In this document: positions 37,301-50,300 of the stretch, piece by piece
How the letters are laid out: each line of letters opens with the position of its first letter
Position numbering within the stretch: position 1 is the stretch's first letter
NCBI RefSeq assembly: GCF_004010195.1
Contig: NC_057718.1
Coordinates: forward strand, 639,893 to 703,892
Source of the DNA: Chiloscyllium plagiosum
Taxonomy: Eukaryota
Reading direction: 5' to 3'
DNA length: 64,000 bases
Position numbers and translations under genes: made by a program
Notes under the pieces: generated by a model
The model's database searches: none
The model's input: the letters and a program-made list of their open reading frames with translations, nothing else
What the model was told of the DNA's origin: nothing

Positions 37301-39600
37301 TATTTATCCTATCCATGCCCCTCCTGATTTTATAAACCTCTATAAGGTCACCCCTCAGCCTCTGACGCTCCAGTGAAAACAGCCTTAGCCTTAGCCTCCC
37401 TATTGCTCAAATCCTCCAATCCTGGTAAATCTTTTCTGAACCCTTTCAAGTTTCACATCTTTCCGATAGGAAGGAGATCAGCAGGTTGTAAGTTTGCTTG
37501 CTGAGCTGGAAGATTGTTTTCAGATGTTTCATCGCCATGCTAGGTAACATCATCAGTGAGCCTCCGGTGAAGTGCTGTGTTATGTCCCGCTTTCTGTTTG
37601 TGTGTCTTGGTCTGTTAAGGTGGATGATATCTTTCCCAGTTTTTTTCCTCAGAGGTTTGTAAATGGGGCCCACATCAATGTGCTTATTGATGGAGTTCCG
37701 GTTTGAATGCCAGGCCTCTAGAAATTCCCATGCACGTTTCTGTTTAACCCGTCCTAGGATGGATGTGTTGTCCCAGTCGAAGTGACGTCTTTCTTCGTCT
37801 GTATGTAAGGCTACTGGTGATAGTCATGGCTTTTGGTGGCGAGTTGGTGTTTGTGCTATTTTTCTGCCCGTCTGTCTGATGTAGTGTTTGTTACAGTCCT
37901 TGCATGGTATTTTGTAAATGCTGGTTGTTTGTATAGGGTCCTATAGATTCATCAGCCACTGTTTGTGTGCTACCATGATGCCAAGAGGTCGGAGTAGTCT
38001 GGTAGTCATTTCAGAGATGTCTGACGTATGGTAATGTGGCTAGAATTTCGGCAGACTATGTGCATTAGGTATCCATTCTTCTTGAATACGCTGTATAGGT
38101 ATTTTACCTCTGCTGCTCATAGTTCCTGGGTGCTGCAGTGTGTTGTGGCCATTTAAATAATGTCCCGATGCTACACCGTTTGTAGGTTGGGATGATAAAT
38201 ATCTGGTCTGTCTGTGTGGGTGTTGCTTTTCTGCACATGCTGGTCTTCAGAACACAGCAAGCCAGGCAGCATCAGGTGGTGGAGAAGTCACCTATCTACA
38301 CTAATCCCACTCTGTGCATAGTCAAAGTTTATTTGCCTTCCCTCTTATGCATGGAACATGGATGCTATCTTTTTGTGATTCGTGAAAGGTAATTCCAAAA
38401 TCGCTCTTCTGTAGCATTCTGCAGTATTTTTCCAATTAAGTTTGTCCAATGTGTGCAGGAGGGTTTCCTGACACAATATGTAGATAGGCAAACAAGAGGT
38501 GAGGCCATACTGGATTTGGTTCTGGGTAATGAACCAGGCCAGGTGTTAGAATTAGAGGTAGGTGAGCACTTTGGGGACAGTGACCACAATTCAGTGACTT
38601 TTACTCTAGTGATGGAGAGGGATAAGAGTGCACTACAGGGCAAGAGTTATAGATGGGGGCAGAGTCTGCTCAATCCGGCTGTACACTCACTCACTGCAAT
38701 CTCACACTTACACTGTATAGGCACACACACCTGAACAACATTAATCAACAATAATAATCTTTTCAATTAAATTGTAACTGTGTTCAATGGATTTGCAAGG
38801 AAATCGATTTCATGAGAAGGAAAGAGATTATAGATTTTGGGGCTGCATCACCACAGCTCCGTAATACAGACAGTCCACCAATTGTAATGAATTTTAAAAT
38901 AGTCTGTTATGTTTGTCAAACCAGGAAGCAGTTTGGGTATGACACGTTACTTAAGTAAACAGAAAAGAAAGTACACAACCAGGGACAATTTGAGGATCCT
39001 GTAGCTCAAATCCTCCAACCCTGGCAACATCCTTGTCAATCTTTTCTGGACCCTTTCAAGTTACACAACATCCTTCCTAAAGCAGGGAGGCCACAACTGA
39101 ATACACTATTCCAAAAGCGGGCAGAACTATGTCCTGTACAGCTGCAAAATGACCTCCTCACCACCTGTACTCTACCGACTAACCAATAAAGGAAAGCATA
39201 CCAAACGCCGCCACCACTATCCTGTTTACCTGTGACTCCACTTTTAAGGAGCTCTGAACCTGCACTCCAAGGTCTCTTTGTTCAGCAACACTGCCGAGGA
39301 CCTTACCTCAAAAGCCCTGATTTGCCCTTCCAAGATACAGTACCTCACATTTATCAAAATTGAACTCCATCTGCCACTCCTCAGCCCATCTGATCAAGAT
39401 CCTGTTGTAATCTGAGGTAACCTTCTCAGCTGTCCACTACACTACCAATTTTGGTGTCATAAGCAAACTTACCAACTATACCTCTTATGCTCACATCCAA
39501 TCATTTATATAAATGATGGAAAGTAGTGGACCCAGCACCCAGCCTTGTGGCACACCACTAGTTACAGGCTTCCAGTCAGAAAAGCAGCTCTCCACCTCAC
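34300..39600. mobile_element. Mosaic of CR1 fragments with a Poseidon-like PLE fragment (about 37480-38250, minus)
   Basis: CR1 motifs IVVPLFKKG, YRPVSLTSVVG, FLTQYVDRQTRGEAILDLVL; PLE repeat homologous to 57935-58740; some short intervening stretches unassigned. Confidence 0.75.
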
Positions 39601-39624
39601 CATCCTCTATCTCCTATCTTTGAT

Positions 39625-40712
39625 GTGCAGGAGCTAGTGTTGGACTGGGGTGGACAAAGTTTAAAAATTACACTACACCAGGTTGTAGTCCCACGGGTCC
39701 AATAGGCAACAATACAAAGTGGCCGAGCAGAGGCTGATAGACAAGTTTGGTACGCATGAGGATGGCCTCAACTGGGATCTTGGGTGTCCCCACTACACAA
39801 TCATCTCTCTCGCTCGCTTGCTGTCTCTCTCACTGACACAAGTACACAAATTCTTACATATTCACACGCTCACGCAGACTATCTCTCTCTCTCTCTCTCT
39901 ATCACACACACATAGACACGCACACACATATAGTCCCCATGCATGCACCCTCTCACAGGCTTATACCCCATCGCACCCATATGTTTTACCAAGCTTTCAC
40001 ACATGCAAGCACACATTGTGTCATGTGCACTCACGAACACACTCACTCACTCAATTTCTCTCTTGTGCTTGCACACACACACAAGTCTATGGGTTGAATT
40101 TGTATTTGCAGAATTATATTTGCAAATACATTGTATTTTGCTCAAAAAATTCACAGTCTACAGGCAGTCGATGAAGGCAGTCAATACATGTAATATTTTG
40201 TAAATTCCATTTTGGAAATCGAACCAGGTTGGAATACAGACAGACTCTGACCTCACAACTTTAATTCCTGAAGAAGGGCTTATGCCCGAAACGTCGATTC
40301 TCCTTCTCCTTTGATGTTGCCTGACCTGCGCTTTTCCAGCAACACATTTTTAAGCTCTGATCTCCAGCATCTGCAGTCCTCACTTTCTCCTCACAAGTTT
40401 AATGCATTGTCTGGGCTGAGATGTCACCTTCTGTTATAAAACCTTAAGTTACCATGAGAAGGTGACTTAAAAGAAGTTATGGGATTTACATATTAATGAA
40501 CTGAAACTTGCAACTCATTCTAAAAGAGGAAGGACTTAACAATCCAGATTTGTTCAATAGACCACTGTGTGACACTGTAATCTTCTGCTGTAAATTCTGT
40601 GTCTTACGACCTTATACTTCACAACCACCAGATGAAGGAGCAGGGCTATGAATGCTAGTGCTTCCAAATAAACCTGTTGGACTACAACCTGATGTGTGAT
40701 TTTTAACTTTGT
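39625..40712 (+). mobile_element. PLE family B 3' end (end of GIY-YIG, CA/CT-rich tract, terminal repeat) with a nested family A mini-element at 40266-40388
   Basis: AEQRLIDKFGTHEDGLN peptide; inverted terminal copy at 39625-39695; nested TSD cctcacaa(c/g)tttaat at 40251-40265 and 40389-40403. Confidence 0.82.
40268..40295 (+). ncRNA. Minimal hammerhead core (family A), identical to 12871-12898
   Basis: ctgaagaagggcttatgcccgaaacgtc. Confidence 0.7.
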
Positions 40713-40949
40713 CCTATCTTCGAGCCAAATCTGTAATCAAATGCCTAAAAAACTCTGTTATGTTAGTGAGTCACACTTTCCCACGCACAAAGCCATGTTG
40801 ACTATCCTTAATCAGTCCTTGTCCTTCCAAATGTGTGTAAACCATGTTCTTCAGGATCCCCTCCAACATCCTACCAATCACTGACATCAGGCTCACTGGT
40901 GTATAGTATCCTGGCTTTTGCTTACCATCTTTCTTAAAAAGTTGTATGT

Positions 40950-41470
40950 TAGTGAATTTTGAGAAGATTTGTAGCTCAGGTTGAGGTTCTGGATGTAGAT
41001 TTGCTCACTGAGCTGGAAGGTCCATTTTCAGATGTTTCGTCACCACAATAGGTAACATCTTCAGTGAGGACAAACAAGCAGAAAACTAGCCAGCAGGACA
41101 CATGAACGTCAACTAGCCACAAAATGCATGACCCTCTCTTACTAGTAACCTTACATACAGATAAGGAAGGACACCACTTCGACTGGGACAACACATCCAT
41201 CCTAGGACAAACCAAAAAGAGACATGCACGAGAACTCTATCAACAAACACATTGACTTGGATCTCATTTATCACCCCCTGAGAAAAAGAACAGGAAATTG
41301 CGTCATCACAGGAAATGACACCACCAACCCAAGGAAACCCGAACATATAAATTGAAAGCAGGAAAAACTAGCAGTGCTTTGTCCGGAGGCTCACTGAAGA
41401 CGTTACCTAATATGGTGACAAAACGTCTGAAAATGAACCTTCCAGTTCAGCGAGTAAACCTGTATCCAGT
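40950..41470. mobile_element. Poseidon-like PLE terminal fragment with an inverted terminal repeat
   Basis: Minus-strand repeat 40950-41068 and plus-strand repeat 41385-41470, each with a family C hammerhead remnant. Confidence 0.82.
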
Positions 41471-41719
41471 TGTACACTATCCAACCTTCAGTCTTCTGGC
41501 ACCTGTGGCTATCAATGATACAAATGGTGTTTGAAGCAAGGTACTAGCATGGATAGAAAATTGGTTGTCTGGCAGAAGGCAGAGTGGGAATAAAACGGTC
41601 CTTCTCGGGATGGAAGCCACTGACTAGTGGTGTTCCACAAGTGTCAGTGCTGGGACCACAACTTTTCACTTTAATGATCTGGAGGAAGGAACTATGGCAA
41701 ATAACACTTTCTGACTCCC

Positions 41720-42180
41720 CAAATCCTGTCCACCATCTACAAGGCACAATTCAGAGGTGTGATGGAATACTCCCCACTTGCCTGGATGGGTGCAGCCCCA
41801 ACAACACTCAAGAAGCTTGACACCATCCAAGACAAAGCAACCCACTTAATTGGTACCACATCCACAAGAAATTCACCAAAAATGCTCAAACGGCACTTTC
41901 CAAACCCACTTGCTCCAAGAAGGACAAGGGCAGTAGATATATGGGAACGGCACCATGTTCAAGTTCCCCTCCAAGTCACTCACCATCCTGACTTGGAAAT
42001 ATATCTCTGTTCCTTCACTGTCATTGGGTCAAAATCCTGGAATTCTCTCCCAAAGGGCATTTGGGTCAACCCACAACAGGTGGACTGCAGTGGTTCAAGA
42101 AGGCAGCTCACTATCACTTTCTCAAGGGCAGCTAGGGACAGACACTGAATGTTAGCCAGCCAGCAACACCCACATTCCCA
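41720..42180 (+). mobile_element. Old CR1-clade LINE 3' end (related copies near 47140-47995 and 22380-22640)
   Basis: MEYSPLAWMGAAPTTLKKLDTIQDKA, SKSWNSLP; 3' tail resembles that of the SacSINE-like SINEs. Confidence 0.75.
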
Positions 42181-42406
42181 AAAAAAGGGGGAAAAAATCT
42201 CCAGGATGCAGTATTGTCTCCTTCCTTGCAGGATCCGGAAACACTTTTTTACACATGGTTCTGGAACTCTTTCCACCTATTTCTTTACATTGTTATTGTT
42301 CCAGTCTTTGAGTGTTACATAACACACATCTACCTCGCAAATGATAATTTGCAGTTTGTTAGTGTTTTTACTGCCTGTCTGATTTTGTTCTTTCCTTTGC
42401 TATCAG

Positions 42407-42593
42407 CATTTCCTGCGTTTGGAATGTGTAACAGGAAACCTTTCAGCAACACTTGTTCATTCCCATGACACGGAAACCCGAGCCACAATGAATATGGCAG
42501 TAGCAGGAGATATTCTAGCAGTTGGACAAGATGCGACTTGTCACATCCTGCGATTCCAGGAAGGGAAAGAGAAATCAACAGGGAATAAACCTG
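42407..42593 (+). CDS. PREB: PREB / SEC12 (Sar1 GEF) coding exon, equivalent to human exon 2
   Basis: tttcctttgctatcAG acceptor; encodes [50 protein letters not shown], closely matching [16 protein letters not shown]; donor GTAAAA at 42594 (alternative same-phase donor at 42651). Confidence 0.92.
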
Positions 42594-44469
42594 GTAAAAA
42601 AGAGGACAAGAGTGAGGCTGAAATTGCTCTGCATTCTGGAAATTCCTCAGGTATAGCAGAATTGATTTGGGCATATCTTTAGGAGTCTGAAAGCCAAAGT
42701 TCTTAAAAATCCATCAATGTTTTTGCAACAAAGATTGTATATATAGTTCGCTTTTTTTTATAATGGCTAATAGCAAATCCCAATCTACCTGTTTCCCAGG
42801 AATAGGAGGAGGTCGTTCAGTCCTTCAGTACTTCTGTTCTATTCTTTAATATGATTATAACTTGCCTACAGCCTAATTCTCTACATACCTGTCTTTGCCC
42901 CATATCCCTGAATAGTTTGTTTGGTAACAGATATCAAATAATCTCAAATATAAAATTAACATATGATCATTCAAATTAGGAGTGGATGTAGGCCATTTGG
43001 CCTCTTGTAATAAAGAATAACATTCCATTTGTTTTCCTAATGACTTTCTGTATCCGGATACTAACATTTTTGGTTGTGCACTGGTACCTAGACTTCTCTG
43101 CATCTCGCGTGCAAGAGCCATCTATGTTTAAGTAAAACTCTGCTTTTTCTGTTTGCTGCCACGGTGAACAACTTGTGTTTTACCATGCTATATTGCATTT
43201 ATCAGATTTTGCTTACTCGCTCAACCTGTCCAAATCTGTTTTGCAAATTCCTTATGTCCCCTTTGTAATCTGTTTTCCTACCTATCAATAAGTCAGCTGT
43301 AGATTTTGCTACCATGCCTTAATTTCCCCCCCCCTTTCCAGGTCATTAATATAAATTATAAAATGCAGAAGCCCCAGCACACACCCCTGTGGAACTCCCA
43401 TTTGTCACATCCTGCCAATCCAAAAAAGATCCATTTGTTCCATTTTCTGCCACCAAAACAATTTTCTGTCAATGTTAGCCCCTACACCATGAGTTGCTAC
43501 TTTGCATTTGCCAAGGTGCCACATGATTGTGCAATTTGAAAATGCAAGATTTTGGGGTTTTTTTAAATCTTATTCAAATTCCACCATCTGCCATGGCAGG
43601 ATTCTGGATAGTACCACAAGACTATTGCCTCCCCTCATATACTACCCCAATGCCAATGTCTTTATTTTATCAAGTAGCCACAGGGGTGTGGTGCATCAGA
43701 CTCCTAGAAATCCAAGTATATTACATTCACTGCTTCTCGTATAACTATCCTGTTCATTTATCGAGCATGATTTGCCTTTGTGAAGCCATGCTGAGTCTGC
43801 TTGATTTTATAATGTATTTCTAAATGCTTTGCTATTGTATCCTTAATAATAGACTAGCATTTTCTCAACAACAGATGTTAAGCTAACTAACACATGCTAC
43901 CTCTATTTGTCTTATTGTAAATAAAGGTGTTACATTGGCTGTTTTCCAACATCAAAGTATTCTTGGAACATTACTACCAGTGCATCCATTATCTCTGGAA
44001 CGACTTCTTTTCATACCCTAGGATGTGTTCCATCATTTCCAGGGAACCTATTAACTTTTACCCTCGTTAGTTTCCCTAATACTTGTTTTCACGTGATAGT
44101 GATTGTTGTATTTTTGCCTGTGGTTTATTTGGTGTTTTTGTTTCAGGTCTCCCTGTCTGATCATTTGAAACTTCCAAGAGTCTAGTCATTCTACCTTTTA
44201 ATGAGAGATTCTAACAATTTCCCAACTTTGAAGTAGATCTGTAATTCCCTGACTTTTCTTTTGCCTTTCTTATGAAAAGCGTGCATAATTTCCCAATGTA
44301 AAGGAACAGTTCCTGAATCCTAAACCTTTGTAGGATTCTGGTTAGGGTATCTGTAACCGTAACTCTGCATCTGTACAGGGTGAGATCACATCTGGTGTAG
44401 TGAACAGTTTTGGTCCCCTTATTTAAGGAAAGATATTATTTTGTTGGAGGAAGATCAGAGAAGGTGCAT

Positions 44470-46180
44470 AGAGTCCTACAGCACAAAGTCAGGACCTTCG
44501 GCCCAAACTGGTCCATGCTGACGAAAATATACATCCACTCTAAACCTATTTCCCTGCACTTGGCCTTTATCCTTCTAAACCTTTCCTATCCATGTACTTG
44601 TCAAAATGCCTGAGAAATGTTGTTAATATACCCACCTCAACCACTTCACTACAGCACATTCCATATGTGGATACCCTCATGTAAAAAACATTGCCCCTCA
44701 GGTTCCCTTTTATTCTTTCCCGCCTAACCTTAATCTGATGCCCTCTAGTCCGCAATTCCCCAACCCTGGGAAAAAAACTGAGTGCATTCACTGTATTCAT
44801 GCCTCTCATGATCTTATACACTTCTACAAGATCTCCCCTCAGTCTCCTACATTCTAAAGAAAACAGTCCTAGCTTGTCCAACCTCTCCCTATAACTCAGT
44901 CCTTTGAGTCCTGGCAACATTCTTTTAAAATTTTTCTGCACTCTTTCCAGTTTAATAAAATCCTTCATATAGCAAGGTGACCAAAATTGAAATAATACTC
45001 CAACTGCATCCTCACCAATGTCTTGACAACTGGAACGTAACTTCACAACTTCTATACTCAGTGCCCTGACTGATGATGGCCAGCATGCCAAAAACCTCCT
45101 TCACTGCCCTGTCTATCTGTGACTGCACTTTCAGAGAACCGTGCACCTGAACTCCAAGGTCGCTCTGTTCCACTACACATTAATCATGCCTTGGACATTC
45201 TCATCCAAATCATTGATATAGATAATAACCAACTCTGGGCCCAGCACCAACCCCTGAGGCACTCCACTAGTTACAGGCCTCCAGTCCGACAGTCTTTCTA
45301 CTATTACTCTCAACTTCTTACCACCAAGCCAATTGTGTTTCCCATTTGCCAGCGTCCCCCCCGACTGGATTCCATGCGATCTAGCCTTCCAGAGCAGCCT
45401 ACAATGTGGAACTTTATCGAAGGCTTTACTGAAATCCATGTAGACTGTGTCCACCAACCTGACCTCATCAACCTTCCTGGTCACTTCATCAAAGGACTCT
45501 AACAACTTTGTGAGGCATGATCTCCCACACACAAAGCCATGCTGACTAATCCTAATCAAACCCTATCTTTCCAAATGCATTTATATCTTATTCCTCAGAA
45601 TCTTCTCAAGTAATTTACTTACACAGAAGTTTGGCTTGGTGGGCTATTGTTCCCAGGTTTTTCTTTGCAGCTCTTCTTAAATAAGGGCACAACATTCACT
45701 ACCCTCCAGTTTTCCAGCACTTCACCCATGGCTAATGATGATGCAAAAATACTTGGGATTATCCCCAATATAGAGGGATTGTCTTATGAGTAAAGCTAAA
45801 ACAGGTTGAGACTCATGGAATTTAGAAGAATTTGAAGTGATCTCATTGAAACATATGGATTCTTAACAGGGTAAATGCTGAGAGGATGTTTAGGCTGTTT
45901 GGGAGAGTCTAGGAGCCGAGGGCACAGTCTCAGAATGAAGGCACACCAGTTTAAAACTGAGGTGAGGAGGAATTTATTTTCCAAGGGTGAGTGTCTTTGG
46001 AACTCCTTGCTCAAGAGAGCTGTGGGGGTAGAGTCCTTGTGTAAACTTAAGACTGAGGTAGATTCTTGATCAGTGGGAGAATCAAACGGAAGAGTTACAG
46101 GGAAAGGGCAGAAAAGGAACTTGAGATCATTCATGATCCTATTAACTGGCAGAGCAGTCTACTACTATTCCTATTTCTTA
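44470..46180. mobile_element. CR1 RT-to-3' fragment (minus, about 44470-45750) and an adjacent plus-strand CR1 3' end
   Basis: [51 protein letters not shown]. Confidence 0.88.
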
Positions 46181-46764
46181 AGGTTTAGTTGTATTATTCA
46201 CTTGTTTAAATTGGAGTGGAAATCATCGAGTTGTAAGGTGTTCGTGCTCATTGCTTTTATGCTGCTTATGTTAACCTAGGTGCATCTGTTCCTGATTGAA
46301 TATTATTTTCTTTGGAATGTCTGGCATGTTGACTTCTCTCTACTCCAATACTGACCAGGCAATTGCATCGCATGTGTGCCATTTCCTTATTTTCAACGAC
46401 AGGAGCACCACGCTACTCCTGGCCACGCTCTTTTTCTTCCCTAAAATAACCAAAACAATTTCTGATGATTTTGTTATCCCTCATAAATTGATCTTAATCC
46501 TTGCATTTTTAGTTTATTCTATTTTGTCATCCTTCCTGCTTTTTGTATCTTTCCCAGTTAACGGATCAGTGCTACGATAAGCATTTATGTTTACTTTGTC
46601 ATGTCGTTCCATGTTTTCTGTTGAGTTACCTATTACTGGCAAGTAGAATTCTTTCTCCTTTAGGGATGAACTGATTCTCTGACACGTCAAATTCCCATTT
46701 GAAATGTCACTTTTTGTTTACTCGGTCTCTGTGCTCCTACTTGTTTCTCTCTCTCTCTCTGCAG

Positions 46765-46982
46765 TCAAGAAGACAGAAGCCAGGAAACGAAAGACTGGGA
46801 ATAAGATGGCCGGTGATGCGAGTGGGTGCATGCAAAACGAGACACCAGAAATGGTGGTAGAGTCACTTCATGTCATACGCACTGACTTCAGCACAGATGC
46901 ACTTCAGAAAGCTGTCCGCTTCAACATGAACAACTCCTTTCTTGTCACCGGGGGCGTGGATGGCTTCATTAGGATTTGGGAG
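46765..46982 (+). CDS. PREB: PREB coding exon, equivalent to human exon 3
   Basis: (CT)n tract + gcAG acceptor, GTACAA donor; encodes ...VVESLHVIRTDFSTDALQKAVRFNMNNSFLVTGGVDGFIRIWE (WD40 blade resembling PREB TDFSSDPLQKVVCFN...ATGGTDGYVRVW). Confidence 0.93.
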
Positions 46983-48007
46983 GTACAAAAAAAAACAAAA
47001 TCCCAGTAAAGCCTCAAATTAGATATTTCTAATCAACCTGTTCAGAGAGATTACCACAGTTGGAGCAGTTGGGACTTGAACCTGGGCCTCTGGTCCAGAG
47101 GTAGGGACACAGCCACTGCGCCACAAAATCTCTAAAGCTTCAGGGTCGTATCCTAGGCCCAACCATCTTCAGCTGCTTCAATAATGACCTTTCCTCCATC
47201 AAAATGTCAGAGTAATAGGAGTATTTGCTGCTGATTGTGCAATGTTCAGCACCATTTCCAACTCCTCAGATACTGAAGCAATGTATGTCCATACCTAGCA
47301 ATACCTGGACTGTGTCCAGTCTTGGGCTAATAAGTGACAAGTAATATTTGAGCCATACACCTAACAGATAATGACCATCTCCAATAAGAGCTAACTTAAC
47401 CAGCATCCTTTGACATTCAATGCTTATTATTGGTGGATCCCCTACAGTCAATGGGGGGGTGGGGGTTTATCATTGACCGGGAACTCTGGCTGCAAGAGCA
47501 GTTCAGAGATAATAAGTCCTGCAATGATTAACTCAACCTCCTATCTCCCCACTACCTGCCCACTGTCTACAAGGCACATATCATCAGTGTGATTGAAATA
47601 TTCCTGACTTGCTTGGATGGGTGCAGCTCGAACAACAGTCAAGAGGCTTGAAACCATCCAGGTCAAAGCAGCCTGCTTGATTGGCACCACATCCATAAAC
47701 ATCCACTCTTCTCATCATCGATGCGCAGTAGTGACAAGATATACTGCAGCAATCCACCAAGAATCGTGTAGGACACAGTCCAAACCAAGGACCGCTTCCT
47801 TCAATAAGGGCAAGGGCAGCAGATACATAGGAAGGCCACCACCTGCAAGTTCCTCTCCAAGCCACTCATCATCCTGATTAGAAAATATTTAGCTGTTCTT
47901 TCACTATCACTGGGTCAAAAGCATGTAACTTCCTTTGTGATAGTGGATCCCCTGGATTGCAACGTTTCAAAAGATAGCCCACCACCAGCTTCTCACAGAA
48001 AGTAGAG

Positions 48008-50300
48008 ATGATGAAAGCAGATCAGTCCCCCGGCCCCAATGGCTTTCATCCTCAGACCCTTAAAGAGGGACCTACAGAGATAGTGGATGCACTGGTTGTA
48101 TTTTTCCAAAAATCTGTGGATTCTGGAGTAGTACAGGAGGGTTGCAGACCTGCCAATTCAAAAAGGGAGGGAGACAAAAAAGACTGGTAACTAGAGATCA
48201 ATTAGACTAGCACCTATTGTTGGTAAAAGGTTGGAATCAACTATTAAGGATGTAGTAGCAGCAGATTTGGAAAATCATAATCTAATGAACCAGAGTCAAC
48301 ATGGCTTCACGAAAGTGAAACTGTGTCTGACTAATTTATTAGAGTTTTTGAGGAAATTTCAACCACAGTGGATTGAGGAGAAACAGTAGATGTGTTGTAT
48401 TTGGACTTCCAGAAGATGTTCGACAAGATACTTCACAAAATGTTAAGTCATACGAAGCTGCATTTGTGGCATTAGTATGGCATGGGTACAGAATTGACTA
48501 ATGGGTTGGACACAACAAGAGGGGAATACGGGTTATTTTCCATGTTGAGAACCTGTAGCTAGTGGGATTGAACAGGGATCAGTGTTAGGACTGCAGTTAT
48601 TTACAATATATATTAATGATTTGGAGGAAGGATGCAAATGTTCAGTAGGAAGATTTGCAGATGTCACAAAATTAGGTGGAGAGGCAAGTTATAAAAGGAA
48701 TTCTAGATAATTTGCAGAGAGCTGTTGATGGATTAAGGGAATGACGAATAGAGTATAATGTGGGAAATTGTTCACTTTGGAAGGAAGAACAGAATATTAT
48801 TTAAATGGAGAAAAAGTGCAGTGCAAGGAACTTCGGAGTACTTGTGCACAAAACACAAAGTTAGCACACGGGAAGATTAATGGAATGTTGTGCTAACTTT
48901 CAAGAAGGTTATTTCAAGAAGGGTGGAGTATAAAAGTAAACAAGTCTCACTACAGCTATACAATGATGTGGAGGTGCCGGTGTTGGACTGGGGTGTACAA
49001 AGTTAAAAATCACACAACATCAGTTTATAGTTCAACAGGTTTATTTGGAAGCACTAGCTTTCGGAGCGCTGCTCCTTCATCAGGTGATTGTGGAGTATAA
49101 GATCATAAGACTTAGAATTTATAGCAAAAGATTACAGTGTCATGCAACTGAAATGATATATTGAACAAACCTGGATTGTTATTAAGTCCATCATCTTTTA
49201 GAATGGGATGCATCTTTCAGTTCATTAATATGTAAATCCCAGAACTACTTTTAAGTCACCTTCTCGAGATAATTTAAGGTTTTATAACAAAAGGTGCCAT
49301 CTCAGCTCAGGCAGTGCATTAAAGGTGTGAGGTTAGTCTGTCTGTATCCCAAACTAGAGTCAGACCAGTTCTATTTACAAAGTGGAATTTACAAAGTATT
49401 ATATGTATTGACTGCCTGCAGATTGTGCATTTTTGAGCAAAATAGAATGTATTTGCAAATATAATTCTGTAAATACAAATTCACCCCATAGACTTGTGTG
49501 TGCATGTGTATGAGAAGAGAGTGTGCGTATGAGTGTGAGCGCATGTAAGTGTGTGTGTATGTTTGTGTCTGTGAAAGCTTGGTAAAGTGTGTATGTGGGT
49601 GTGATAGAGTATAAGCCTGTGAGAGGGTGAGAGAACGGGGGCTGTATGTGAGAGAGTGTGTGTATGAGAGAGGGTCTACATGAGTGTGTGAGAGAGAGTG
49701 AATAGTGTCATGGGGTCACCAGTGTGAACGTTGCTTTGCCAGTCTTAAAGGTACTTGGGGTTGAAGGACTCTAAACTACGTTTCTATTCAGGGTATTCTT
49801 TCACACTGGGGCAGCAGAACACATGCCCTTGTGATTCCCCTTCACTGAGGGGAGAGAAACATTTGATCCCTTATGCATTGAGTGTGCAGGTTTGATCTGA
49901 GCAAAGGCTAAACAGGTTGGGACTCTGCTAAGTTGAGTAAAGAAGAATGACAGATGATCTAATTGAAACATTTGGGTTCTTAAAGATAATTGCTGAGAGT
50001 ATTTCTATTCTTAGGAGAATATAGGATGATAGTCTCAGAATAAAGAGGCATCAATTTAAGACTGAAATGAGGAGGAATTTCTTCTGAGGATTGTGGATCT
50101 TTGGAACTCCTTATCACAGAGAGCTGAGCGGGCAATCCTTGTGTATATTTAAGGCTGAGCGATTCTTGATCATTAGGGGACAAGTGTTATGGGAAAACAC
50201 AGGAAAGTGGATGTGAGGAATGTTGAATCAGCCATGATCGTATTAAAGAACAGAGCAGTCTTGAGCCATACAGCTGACTCTTGTTCCTATATTTTATGGT
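48008..50300. mobile_element. Plus-strand CR1 split by a minus-strand family B PLE fragment (about 48965-49720) and a 176-bp local copy
   Basis: SPGPNGFHP, YLDFQK.FDK, FADVTKLGG before the insertion; RLNRLGL resumes at about 49900. Confidence 0.82.
49052..49086 (-). ncRNA. Intact-looking minimal hammerhead (family B)
   Basis: Reverse strand CAC-CUGAUGA-A-GGAGC-AGC-GCUCC-GAAA-GC-UA-GUG: stem I CAC/GUG, 5-bp stem II, palindromic AGCU. Confidence 0.72.
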
